From Candidatus Poribacteria bacterium (GTDB taxonomy: Bacteria > Poribacteria > WGA-4E > UBA9662), in assembly GCA_036339735.1 (NCBI GenBank), contig JAYZAL010000002.1, positions 1 through 47,688 of the forward strand: 47,688 nucleotides of DNA, read 5' to 3'. Of the stretch, positions 38,439 through 47,688 are shown piece by piece (position 1 is the first letter of the stretch; the number at the start of each line of letters is the position of its first letter). The notes under the pieces are model-generated. The model saw only the letters and a list, made by a program, of their open reading frames with translations. It searched no databases and was not told where the DNA came from. Both the position numbers and the translations under genes were made by a program.

Positions 38439-38817
38439 CTGACATTTTTCCGAGCAGTTGACAAATATCGTTTAAGAGTTACATCGCGAGGCGACTGCCA
38501 AGTCTAGCATACAGAACATAGACTTTCAACGACCAACCTGCAAAAGATTATTATTTTGAGGTAAAATAATAGAAGTAGTGCTATCAAAGAGTATTCATAT
38601 ATTATATCAAACAAAATGGTGATGGAACACGAGTCCAGTTGTCAAAACGCAGATTTTTCTTCTGAACTATTTTGTTTTTTAAGCCTCAACTTCAAAAAAG
38701 AGTACCCCCAGCAGAAAAATGAAGTAGCGTGGTAGAAATTATGCTAATAATGATTCAACAGCAGATCTCACTGCTAGTTGAAAGCAACAGATTTTTGTAT
38801 CATAAGTTAGATCGATT

Positions 38818-41298
38818 ATGAAAAAGAACCCACAAAAACTATTACATCCGCCGAAACAGTTTACCTTTCGCTCTGTAGTCAGCACTATTTGGGTTTTATT
38901 CCAGACAGCCTCGATATTAGGAATCGTTCTTTTTTTCTTCTCGACTGGTATGATTGGTGGAGTAGTAGTATCTGCTTGGAAATCTGTTAGGGTAGTGGAT
39001 TTGACACAACTTGAGTACCAACAGAGTGATACATGGAAACAACACCTCGAAATTTATTCGGCTCCTTGTACTATTCAAAAAGGTGATTCTATTAGCTTCG
39101 TTTTAGAAAAAATTAATCGCTTATCTTATGAACAGGTAATCCCAAATCAGGTTAGAAAAGATAGCTGGCAACCGAATCAATACTCCCTAGTTCTAGACAA
39201 AAGTAAACGAAATGGACTCATTAATCTGTTTGCGCGACCATTTCATTATCCCCGAATGGATCAATCAGCTAAAGATTTGATTTTAACGATTATCGATGGG
39301 AAAATCAGCTCTATCCAACTTTTAAATCCTAGCCCTAGAAATATTGTTAGCTTTGAGTTGGAACCTGAGTTGATTAGCGAAATTTATGATAGAGGTGGAG
39401 AAGCTCGTGAAATTGTGAGTTTAAACCAGGTACCCGATAGCTTACTCACTTCGTTCTTAGCAGTCGAAGATAAACGTTTTTATGAACATTGGGGCATTGA
39501 TCCAATAAGGGTTGCCGGAGCTTTTTTGTACAATCTAAGAACAGGTCAATTGCATGGTGCAAGCACTATAACCATGCAACTCAGCCGCAACATATATTAT
39601 GACAACCGAAAAATGTGGCTTCGAAAGGTCAAAGAGTCCCTCCTAGCAGTGAGAATTGAGGCAAAATATTCAAAAGACGAAATTATTGAGAGATATCTTA
39701 ATTTTATTGACTTGGGGCGGTATGCTAACCGAGATTTAAAAGGGGTTCAGGAAGCTGCAAAGAGCTATTTTGGTAAATCCGTTTCTGAGCTGGAATTACA
39801 TGAGTGTGCAGTTTTAGCTGCAATTCCCAAATCCCCCACTCGCTACTCACCTATTCGGAATGCTGATCGGTGTAAAAAGCGCCGAAACTTGGTTTTAAAA
39901 TTGATGAGAGATAACAGCTTTATTACCCAAAAGCAATATCTGAAAGCGATTCAGCAACCGTTAGAAATACAGAGACAAGACCTCTCCGGGCAAAAAGTGG
40001 TCGCTTATCATTTCTTGGATCATGTACATAATGAACTTAAAAAGATAAATAGCCTTAGCCAGCAACTTTACAATCAAGGATTGAAGGTCTATACGACGAT
40101 TGATCTGTCCATGCAGAAGATAGCTAATTCTTGTGTAGATGAACATTTGAGAGAATTAGACCGCGACAAAAGTAAATATCCCAATCTACCGGACTATGAT
40201 CAGAATAGAAATAATCCAAATGGCATTGATCCCATTAAAAATTACTTACAAGCCGGACTAGTTGCTATCGAACCACAAACAGGTCACATAAAGGCAATGG
40301 TTGGTGGACGAGATTATTATGTTACCCGCCAAACAGTGAACTTCTATAATAGAGCTGTTCAAGCAAAAAGACAACCGGGTTCAGCCTTCAAGCCAATTGT
40401 AGTCGCGGCATTATTTAATCAACCATCTCTTGCTACTCCGGCAACAGTCGTAAACGATGAACCATGGTTTACGGAAGATGAACCAGGTGAGATTTGGGCG
40501 CCGCGTAATTATAGCGAACGCTATTTTGGTAATGTGACCGTTCGAACAATTCTCGAAAAGTCAATTAATATTGGCATGGCCAGATTAATGAATGAGACTC
40601 CGGTGGACCCAAAAACTGGACGGCCAGAGGGAATTATACGAACTCTTAAATTATCGAAGGAGATGGGGATCGAGAGTAATCTAAACCCTTTCCCCGCATT
40701 AGCTCTTGGAGCCTCAGACTTGACTCTATTGGAGATTACTTCAGCTTATGGAACCTTCGCGGACTCCGGCCGCCACGCTAAACCTATTTCGATTCAGTAT
40801 GTGGAAAATAGGGAAGGAGAAATTTTGATTGAAAACCAAGTCAGGCAAAAACAAGTACTGAAACCGGATATTGCTTATACCGTCACACAACTACTTTCAG
40901 GTGTTATCAAGAATGGTACTGGGCGGCGGGCTAGAATTATGGGCTTAAAAAGACCTGCAGCTGGAAAAACTGGAACCACAAATGATTTTGCTGACGCATG
41001 GTTCGTTGGTTATGTTCCCAATATGGCGGTTGGAGTCTGGGTTGGCTTTGATGACCAACAAAAAAGTGCTGAACAGGAAGGGGCTAGCGGAGCATTACCC
41101 ATTTGGACAAAATTTATGCTACATGCATTACGTGGACCAGTCACTAATTTTTCAAGACCAAGCGGTATAATTTTTAGAGAAGTAGACAAAGAAACAGGCC
41201 TGTTGGCATATACAGGCTTGTGTCAGCCAGAAAATATAATACGAGAAGTATTTTTAGTTGGTCAAGAGCCTAAAGTATTATGTAATGCACACCAATAA
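38818..41298 (+). CDS. Class A penicillin-binding protein (PBP1B-like transglycosylase/transpeptidase)
   Basis: TM anchor, UB2H-like segment, EDKRFYEHWG, GASTITMQL, RKVKE; SAFK, SIN and KTG transpeptidase motifs. Confidence 0.95.
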   Translation: MKKNPQKLLHPPKQFTFRSVVSTIWVLFQTASILGIVLFFFSTGMIGGVVVSAWKSVRVVDLTQLEYQQSDTWKQHLEIYSAPCTIQKGDSISFVLEKINRLSYEQVIPNQVRKDSWQPNQYSLVLDKSKRNGLINLFARPFHYPRMDQSAKDLILTIIDGKISSIQLLNPSPRNIVSFELEPELISEIYDRGGEAREIVSLNQVPDSLLTSFLAVEDKRFYEHWGIDPIRVAGAFLYNLRTGQLHGASTITMQLSRNIYYDNRKMWLRKVKESLLAVRIEAKYSKDEIIERYLNFIDLGRYANRDLKGVQEAAKSYFGKSVSELELHECAVLAAIPKSPTRYSPIRNADRCKKRRNLVLKLMRDNSFITQKQYLKAIQQPLEIQRQDLSGQKVVAYHFLDHVHNELKKINSLSQQLYNQGLKVYTTIDLSMQKIANSCVDEHLRELDRDKSKYPNLPDYDQNRNNPNGIDPIKNYLQAGLVAIEPQTGHIKAMVGGRDYYVTRQTVNFYNRAVQAKRQPGSAFKPIVVAALFNQPSLATPATVVNDEPWFTEDEPGEIWAPRNYSERYFGNVTVRTILEKSINIGMARLMNETPVDPKTGRPEGIIRTLKLSKEMGIESNLNPFPALALGASDLTLLEITSAYGTFADSGRHAKPISIQYVENREGEILIENQVRQKQVLKPDIAYTVTQLLSGVIKNGTGRRARIMGLKRPAAGKTGTTNDFADAWFVGYVPNMAVGVWVGFDDQQKSAEQEGASGALPIWTKFMLHALRGPVTNFSRPSGIIFREVDKETGLLAYTGLCQPENIIREVFLVGQEPKVLCNAHQ

Positions 41299-41501
41299 GT
41301 GAGGCCGTAAAGCGCCCTGAATCCACAAAACTCTAGATTATAAATTGTTTACTCCCTCTATCAAGCTAAGGAAAGAATGTCGGCTTTCACAAGAGCCAGA
41401 AAAAGAATAGTTATCAAACGCCTAGAAATAATCAAAATACTAATCGATCCATTATACTTCCGCCCAGAGACAAAAGAGTCGTGGTATTAATCTTGAGAAA
41501 G

Positions 41502-42473
41502 ATGAGCTTTTTCCGGTTTTATTTTTTACTACTACTAGTCTTATATCAAGCAAAGTCAGACGAATTTATACTAATTGATCGTATTCTCGTAGATGTAAAT
41601 GGACATGCTATAACTCTCAGTGCATTGGAAAATGAATTAGCTTGGAGACAAATCCAGCAACCAACTCCAATTACCAAAAAGAAAATTATAGCCGATTTAA
41701 TTGATCAAGAAATAATGTTTCAGGCTGCCGATCGGTCAGGAATTCTTCTCGGTCGATGGGATAAGAAAGTAGCTGACGAAATTCAGCGTTTACGTGGCCA
41801 ACATGAGTCTGAAAAGCATTTTTTAGATTATCTAACCAGCAAACAGTTGACTTTAACAGATCTGACCGATCGGATAAGAAGACAATTTATTTTACAAAGT
41901 TTTATAAATCGTCAATTCACCAATCAAATTGATACTGAAAAAATTTCTGAAGCAGCAAAAATCTACTATCAAAAGAACCACTTACAATTTGTTCTGCCAG
42001 CTACAATACGATTTCAATACATATTGATAAATATACCCGATTCTACTTCGGGCAAGATAGCTAGCCAAGCTCAATCTCTGGCTCAAACGATTCACCAAGA
42101 GCTGATAGATGGTAAAACTTTTCGACAGATTTCGGACCAATACAAGAATAAAACCAGTTTATCTGATCAACAACAACCAACAATCAAAGTCATACATGAA
42201 CCACAAACTAGACATACCAGCACAAAATTAGAAATTGACATAGCCAAAATAGATATTAGCGGCATAAGCCAACCTAAGCGAACCGTTGACGGATACTTAA
42301 TCGCGAAACTATTAGGAAAATCCCCCTCCTACCAACAACCATTCAAATCAGTAAAGGAACAAATCGAGGAAAAGCTTATCGAACAACAAATCGAAATTCT
42401 TTTGGATGATTGGCTAAAGAGTGAACGGCAGAATAGTAGTATTCAAGACTTTAGCCAATTCGAAGAGCGTTAA
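41502..42473 (+). CDS. SurA/PrsA-like periplasmic chaperone with a degenerate parvulin domain
   Basis: IDRILVDVNGHAITLS, LIDQEIMFQAA, YILI, ISQPKRTVDGYLI, WLKSERQNSSI; ATG 41502 gives a signal peptide. Confidence 0.78.
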   Translation: MSFFRFYFLLLLVLYQAKSDEFILIDRILVDVNGHAITLSALENELAWRQIQQPTPITKKKIIADLIDQEIMFQAADRSGILLGRWDKKVADEIQRLRGQHESEKHFLDYLTSKQLTLTDLTDRIRRQFILQSFINRQFTNQIDTEKISEAAKIYYQKNHLQFVLPATIRFQYILINIPDSTSGKIASQAQSLAQTIHQELIDGKTFRQISDQYKNKTSLSDQQQPTIKVIHEPQTRHTSTKLEIDIAKIDISGISQPKRTVDGYLIAKLLGKSPSYQQPFKSVKEQIEEKLIEQQIEILLDDWLKSERQNSSIQDFSQFEER

Positions 42474-43061
42474 TTCTTTTCTTTTTTCGGTTAGGTAAGG
42501 GTAATATGGGTGCACAGATCCACAGAATATGGGGTTGCCTAAAATAGTAAATTATTGTGGATTCAAAGGTTTAGAAACTTTTATGTAGAATGGCTAGCTC
42601 TTCGATAATCTGAGCGGCCCCTCTTGTAGGACAGATAATTGGAATAAAAGCGATTTTCTGCACTAGCTTAGCCAGTCTAAAATTGTTGGAGGTTCAGCTG
42701 TCTCTCGATCATTCATTTACTAATTATATTAAATTGTCGGGCGTATATCCTCAATACATTGTTACCACATTGTATTGATTATTACTTGCCAGATCATGGA
42801 TCATTCTCTCCGAATTAGACACTAATTTTGGTGAAATACACTTCAGATCAAAGAATAAGCTAGCTTTATGCAATTATCTCGAAAATCAAGCAATGTTCTA
42901 CTTCACACTAATTGCGCTATTTCTACTTAGGTTCGACAAATGAATTTTGCTAAAACTAATGTCAACATTCTCTTCTAAATCGATCAATCGATTGGTACAG
43001 AATCTTTTCATGGCTTCTAAACAACTAAAAATAAGAAGTACTGGAATAAAAAACAGTGGTA

Positions 43062-43814
43062 TTATTCATTCGAACTTACCACACACCGAAACCCATATAT
43101 GTAGTTCCTATTAGTTGGATAATTACTAAATCGATTGTCTATCCGAAGACCACTGGTATAGCTAGTCCAAGAACCACCCCGTAAAACTTTAAAATATTGA
43201 TCTGTATCGTACCAGTCTTCGCACCATTCCCAAACGTTTCCTGAAATATCATAAATTCCATAGACATTCTCTTCCAAACTTCCCACTGGAGCAGTAGACG
43301 TACCCCATATATCCTTACCACTAGTCCCTTCATGGTTGGCATATTGCCTAGCCACATTTTCCTCATCACCCCAAGGGAATTTTTGTCCAGTCAAACCACT
43401 TCTAGCAGCAAGTTCCCACTCTTTTTCTTTTGGTAATCTTTTTCCAGCCCATTTAGCATACGCCACTGCATCACTCCAGTTAACATAGATCATCGGGTGC
43501 TTAGGACTAGGGGAGTATTTGGTGACATTATCCCAATTACCACTATACTGATAACTGCTTTGTTTCACAAATTCCTTGAACTGTCCTACCGTAACCTCAC
43601 ATACGTCCATGTAGAAAACAGGATCACTAAGATTCCGTGAAGGAATTTTCACCATTTCAGATCCATCTTTCTTCCAAATGACTTTTCTATCTTTGGCCTC
43701 TTTCAGATGTTCTTGACTGTACTCAGGAAACTGACGATCGAGAGGTGAGCCGTTTACAACACAAATAGTAATAAAAAATACTAAAAACGTACCACTAAAT
43801 ATTTTCATAATCAT
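43062..43814 (-). CDS. FGE-sulfatase (SUMF1)/C-type-lectin-fold protein lacking catalytic cysteines
   Basis: Signal peptide; FYMDVCEVTVGQF, RLPKEKEWELAARSG, YDISGNVWEWC, RGGSW...GFRC; clear paralog of 13773-14549. Confidence 0.9.
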   Translation of the reverse strand: MIMKIFSGTFLVFFITICVVNGSPLDRQFPEYSQEHLKEAKDRKVIWKKDGSEMVKIPSRNLSDPVFYMDVCEVTVGQFKEFVKQSSYQYSGNWDNVTKYSPSPKHPMIYVNWSDAVAYAKWAGKRLPKEKEWELAARSGLTGQKFPWGDEENVARQYANHEGTSGKDIWGTSTAPVGSLEENVYGIYDISGNVWEWCEDWYDTDQYFKVLRGGSWTSYTSGLRIDNRFSNYPTNRNYIYGFRCVVSSNE

Positions 43815-44141
43815 GATCTGCTTTGTTTTTTAATAATCTCTGTTTTATTCTTTTAAAACACTATTCAATAATTATTTTTTGATGGTGTACGATTTTTTCC
43901 AGTCATCCTGCTGTTTCGATAAACAGACCTTTTATTGTTTCTTTATGAAGTCTGGTTCTTTTGAAACCATCAAATCTGTTGTAATTGATCTAATCTCCCA
44001 AGACTACAAATTCTTATTATCAGCTTAATTTAAGATTATCTTCCTAATCCTTACCGATTAGTATTGACAGGCGCCCACTACTAGCAATTAATACATACTA
44101 ATATTTGGATGTAACTGCCAGTATTCCCTAAAACCCCGATC

Positions 44142-44183
44142 TTATTTCAGCAAGAATTTTTTTATAATTTCTTGCTGAAGTAA
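44142..44183. repeat. Inverted repeat, possible terminator
   Basis: ttcagcaagaa(44146-56)...ttcttgctgaa(44169-79), an 11-bp perfect stem that can be extended. Confidence 0.55.
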
Positions 44184-44358
44184 CTAAGTTTTTAACTTAA
44201 ATACAACCTAGCCACTTCATGACTTTATCAATGCTTAGTGCACAAATCTAACAACCAGTCCATATCTTTTATGCATTCCCAGACATCCGTTTCATCCACC
44301 AAAAGGCCACATTATTCCGGGGCACCTTTTAAACCTTCTACTGCTCTATTCAACTAGC

Positions 44359-45074
44359 TCAACTCTGATATAGCTTTTTAACCCCTATTCCACTTGGTAG
44401 TGGACTGCCTATCGACAGCAATCCCCTCAGGTTGCGTAAATGCATCACTACTGCTACTATCATCATATCTACTGCTAGCAGGTCTACCTCTCGCTGATTA
44501 CTAGGCAAGCCTCTAGCCTTTAAGTAGACAGTACACAAGGCACGCCGATTGGCCCCCCACTGGCACATTCTGTAGACAAGGATGCTTCTGATACATCTCT
44601 TCTTGCCATGAATCACACCTGTTAGTGGATGCTGTGTGTAGACGTGCAGCTAATTCCGCTAGCCGTCGCATCCTGATTTCTGTGTTGGATTCTTGCTTCT
44701 GGCCAGCAAAAACTTCAATCACCCAATTATCAGCATACCGTTTAAGTACGACTTTAGCAGAGCTGAAGTCTGCATTTGGGCAATTCAACGGTGAAAATAC
44801 CCAACGAGTCTGCTGACATCCCTTCCTTAAGTTCACTGGTTTGGCAAGTAGACGGATCCAGCTCAGCTGGCCATTTGGCATGCTTGATCACAAAAGCCGA
44901 AATTTCGTCCATTCTAGCTTTTCTAATGACTAGGGAGTCCCACAACCCCAAACCAAGTCTGGTGTATGTATTGACGGTAAGCTGCTATCCAGATTCAGCA
45001 CGAATTGTTGAGCCTCTTTTACTCTCCGCTTCGTCTTTTCTACACCCGATAAGAAACACCATATTCACTTTCAT
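44359..45074 (-). pseudogene. Fragmented gene, possibly APH/homoserine-kinase-like phosphotransferase
   Basis: Three overlapping short ORFs join through two frameshifts and one TAG; they contain KVVLKRY and LAELAARLHTAS. Confidence 0.45.
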
Positions 45075-45184
45075 ATTCACCTTGTACTAGTTACAGTAGC
45101 ATAAAGGTATAGATGTAATAAAACAAGTTGATACATTTATCCATTCAATCTAATTTAAATTACTTTCTCTTTTTTCCTGGCCCG

Positions 45185-46129
45185 TTATCTAGCTTGCAAC
45201 GGCCAAATTTTTGTTCGTTTGAGAATACTTTTCTTAATCTTACAAATCACGGTGTAGGCTGGGTCAAAGACATTACCCACTTCATATTCCACGCACTGAC
45301 CCAGAAGAATATGAGCTGACTGTTTCTCCAGTCCTAGTTCCACTAGCCATTGAACTAATTCGGTAGTGGCATGCTGTAGCGCTTGATCCAAGGGTCTGGC
45401 ATTACCAGCGGTTAAAAGATAATCTGTATTTTCTGCCCTTGGCCAACCAATAGGGTTCATATTGGTCGCCTTAATCAATTGGACGGAAAACTGAACATTA
45501 AAAGAAATCTCGATTCCTGTACCAACAATTTCACCATCGCCTTGAACTGCGTGGCCATCGCCTAGATAAAACAATGCGCCAGGCACAAACACTGGTAAAT
45601 AAACTGTTACTCCCTCTGAAAATCCTCGGTAGTCCATGTTACCACCATGAGTAGACGAAGTAGCAGTCGAAATTGCTTGTCCTCTCGGTGGGGCTACACC
45701 GAAACAACCAACCATCGGAGCCAAAGGTATCGTAAATTCACCTAACTGCGTTTGGGGAGAAATTAAGGTTGCAGTCCATCTATCAATGTCGATGTCCCAT
45801 TCTGCGGTACCAGCAGTGGGCATTTGCGATGTAACATAGCTTGGATCGAGGACATTAGGAGCAATGACTGTGGCAGATCGACCTATTTTCCGGTTAGGTG
45901 TCAATCGATCAAAGTGAACGACTAATCTATCACCAGGAACTGCATCTTGAATATAAAATGGCCCTGTCTGTGGATTACCTCTTTCCGTTACGGCTTGATC
46001 ATGTTCATCATGACCAGCATTATCCACAGTAGTAGTAATAACAGTATCACCACTTTCAATATGTAGTACTGGCTCGTGAGCACCAATAGCGGTATAGTAA
46101 ATGGTAGGACGAAATTTGTGAATTGCCAT
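45185..46129 (-). CDS. Acetamidase/formamidase family protein
   Basis: NPQTGPFYI, PMVGCFGVAP, HGGNMD, GDGHAVQGDGEIVGTGIE; RBS aggagg. Confidence 0.93.
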   Translation of the reverse strand: MAIHKFRPTIYYTAIGAHEPVLHIESGDTVITTTVDNAGHDEHDQAVTERGNPQTGPFYIQDAVPGDRLVVHFDRLTPNRKIGRSATVIAPNVLDPSYVTSQMPTAGTAEWDIDIDRWTATLISPQTQLGEFTIPLAPMVGCFGVAPPRGQAISTATSSTHGGNMDYRGFSEGVTVYLPVFVPGALFYLGDGHAVQGDGEIVGTGIEISFNVQFSVQLIKATNMNPIGWPRAENTDYLLTAGNARPLDQALQHATTELVQWLVELGLEKQSAHILLGQCVEYEVGNVFDPAYTVICKIKKSILKRTKIWPLQAR

Positions 46130-46252
46130 TGGGTTACCTCCTAAATTTATAGTTGGTTAACTTTTTGCATGATGGCGTAGTTCTTATTCGGCAAAAACTA
46201 AAATCTTGTATCGAAGTTATCTTGACCGATTGAATTCTGGTATCTTATTTTC

Positions 46253-47224
46253 TCATTGTAACACTTCAGGATTGACTGGGGCTGGTGGAGTTTTGTCAGC
46301 AATTACAGAAATTAGGTTTTCAACCGCTAACTCTCGCATTGCGAGGCGAGTTTCCTCGGTTGCAGTACCAATATGTGAAAAACAAATAACGTTTGGCAAC
46401 CTAACAATGGGATCATTTTCAGCAGGCGGTTCAGTCTCAAGGACATCAAGTGCGGCACCGGCAATTCGATTTGATTGTAGGGCTCTAGTCAAAGCAGACT
46501 GATCTATTAAGGCACCACGAGCGGTATTAACCAAATAAGCAGTTGGTTTCATTAATTTTAACTCATCATCACTAATCATATGATAGGATGAGTCATCCAA
46601 GTTGGTATGTAGACTAACAAAGTCTGATTCTGATAATAAGTCATTTAATGTTCGGTATGTACTCTTCGGAGCATTGGGTTCAGCTACGTCAAATACGTCA
46701 TGCCATAATGTATGCATGCCTAGGGTCTGCATACGTCTAGTGACTTCTTGACCAATACGACCGAAGCCAATCACCCCCAACGTTTTGCCCTGAATATCAT
46801 TCCCTAGAGCTGGCATTTTTTTACGCTTGGCCCAACCACCACTTCTAACATAGGATTCATATTCAAATAGTCGCAAAGATAAAGAAAATATAGACGCCAT
46901 GGTCAGGTTAGCAACTGCAGGTGTTAACACTCCTGGTGTATGACAAACAACAACACCATGTTTGGTTGCTTCTGAAATGTCGAAAGGGTCATAACCTACA
47001 CTAGTGGTTGAAAGAACTCTTAACTTTGGAGCAGCATCAAAAAAAACACTATCTGCACGCACACGGGGTGTTAGTAATACGCCTTCAACATCTCTAATTT
47101 TTTGCAGTAACTGTTCTCTTGGTGCTGTTACTGCTAATTCCTCGACTACGGCTACTTCCTCAATTTTCTTGGTCAGGTGTTTTTCGATAGCGACATGAAT
47201 GAGGACTTTGGGTTTAGTAATCAT
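46253..47224 (-). CDS. D-2-hydroxyacid dehydrogenase (glyoxylate reductase/D-glycerate dehydrogenase-like)
   Basis: SVGYD, GVIGFGRIG, NTARG, LDVLETEP, HIGTAT; RBS aggag precedes ATG 47224. Confidence 0.93.
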   Translation of the reverse strand: MITKPKVLIHVAIEKHLTKKIEEVAVVEELAVTAPREQLLQKIRDVEGVLLTPRVRADSVFFDAAPKLRVLSTTSVGYDPFDISEATKHGVVVCHTPGVLTPAVANLTMASIFSLSLRLFEYESYVRSGGWAKRKKMPALGNDIQGKTLGVIGFGRIGQEVTRRMQTLGMHTLWHDVFDVAEPNAPKSTYRTLNDLLSESDFVSLHTNLDDSSYHMISDDELKLMKPTAYLVNTARGALIDQSALTRALQSNRIAGAALDVLETEPPAENDPIVRLPNVICFSHIGTATEETRLAMRELAVENLISVIADKTPPAPVNPEVLQ

Positions 47225-47380
47225 GAGTATTACTCCTAGAAGCATGGGAAAGCTTAGTAAGCTAGTAGATCTTTTCGATAAACGTATCTACTGAGAGAAA
47301 TTAGAAAAATACCATTTCAATGTTTTCCTTTCCCAAAGTTAGGCATAGTTTAAGAAATCTATCCACTTTGTCAAGATTGA

Positions 47381-47688
47381 TCAGCGAGATCTAAAACGAG
47401 CAAACGGGCGTCCTTGTGCCTTTGCTACCCTTTTTTTTGAGTACTCGTAGGCTTGGCTTCTAAATGTAAACCGCTTTTTGCTATTATTCGGCTTATTGTT
47501 TTTGGGCTCAATCGGAAAGCGAGTCACTTTATATTTTTTTTTAATACCTAGTCTTACTTTTTTTGTTTTGTCTTTTGAACTAGGAGGTACTAACTTCTTT
47601 TCAAGCCCACCAATAGTGAAAATTCTCATCATACTCAAGAAAACAATAGAAAAAACTTTAACAAACCACTTCACAATACTATTAATCT
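47381..47688 (-). CDS. Basic C-terminal part of a hypothetical protein (probably starts outside window)
   Basis: Frame stays open to the window edge; hydrophobic stretch followed by a K/R-rich tail. Confidence 0.4.
   Translation of the reverse strand, partial: INSIVKWFVKVFSIVFLSMMRIFTIGGLEKKLVPPSSKDKTKKVRLGIKKKYKVTRFPIEPKNNKPNNSKKRFTFRSQAYEYSKKRVAKAQGRPFARFRSR

Noticed and set aside
42474-43061. Long intergenic gap as a possible DGR template repeat or ncRNA
   Set aside because: No AAY-rich copy of the RGGSW...GFR segment and no recognisable RNA motif by eye; an Infernal/Rfam scan would be needed to exclude an ncRNA.
44625-45319. Short plus-strand ORFs at 44625, 44776 and 45128
   Set aside because: Antisense to the pseudogene or the acetamidase; no motifs or RBS.

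Overview
AT-rich bacterial chromosomal segment, probably Candidatus Poribacteria. This is an inference from LamG proteins ending in a V-x-[PA]-x-x-[RK]-L-x-x-x-W-[AG]-x-[IL]-[KR] tail, plus PhyH, sulfatase, FG-GAP/ASPIC, TPR, Kelch and FGE-fold genes. Layout: 0-9 kb secreted repeat proteins (2 LamG, a 17-repeat Kelch-like protein built from near-identical 147/150-bp units, TPR, CRTAC1/ASPIC, a second Kelch protein); 9-20 kb sugar/lactone/sulfate-ester enzymes, an FGE-fold protein and a 563-aa orphan behind a symmetric bidirectional promoter; 20-23 kb a minimal FtsX-type ABC pair and a plant/animal-type ATP sulfurylase; 23-31.5 kb a minus-strand run grpE-dnaK-prfA-prmC-modA-TOBE-modB-modC-phyH; 32-47 kb a Thr-type sulfatase-like hydrolase, a Zn-binding protein with a Zur-like box, an HTH-MBL fusion, a class A PBP, SurA, a second FGE-fold protein, a decayed kinase-like gene, an acetamidase and a 2-hydroxyacid dehydrogenase. 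I saw no rRNA, tRNA, CRISPR array, transposase, integrase or reverse transcriptase. Best leads: the eukaryote-type ATP sulfurylase, the loop-shuffled Kelch array, two FGE/CLec-fold genes with DGR-like variable regions but no local RT, the 563-aa orphan, and a putative lineage-specific C-terminal sorting signal. All family calls come from motif recognition, not database searches.
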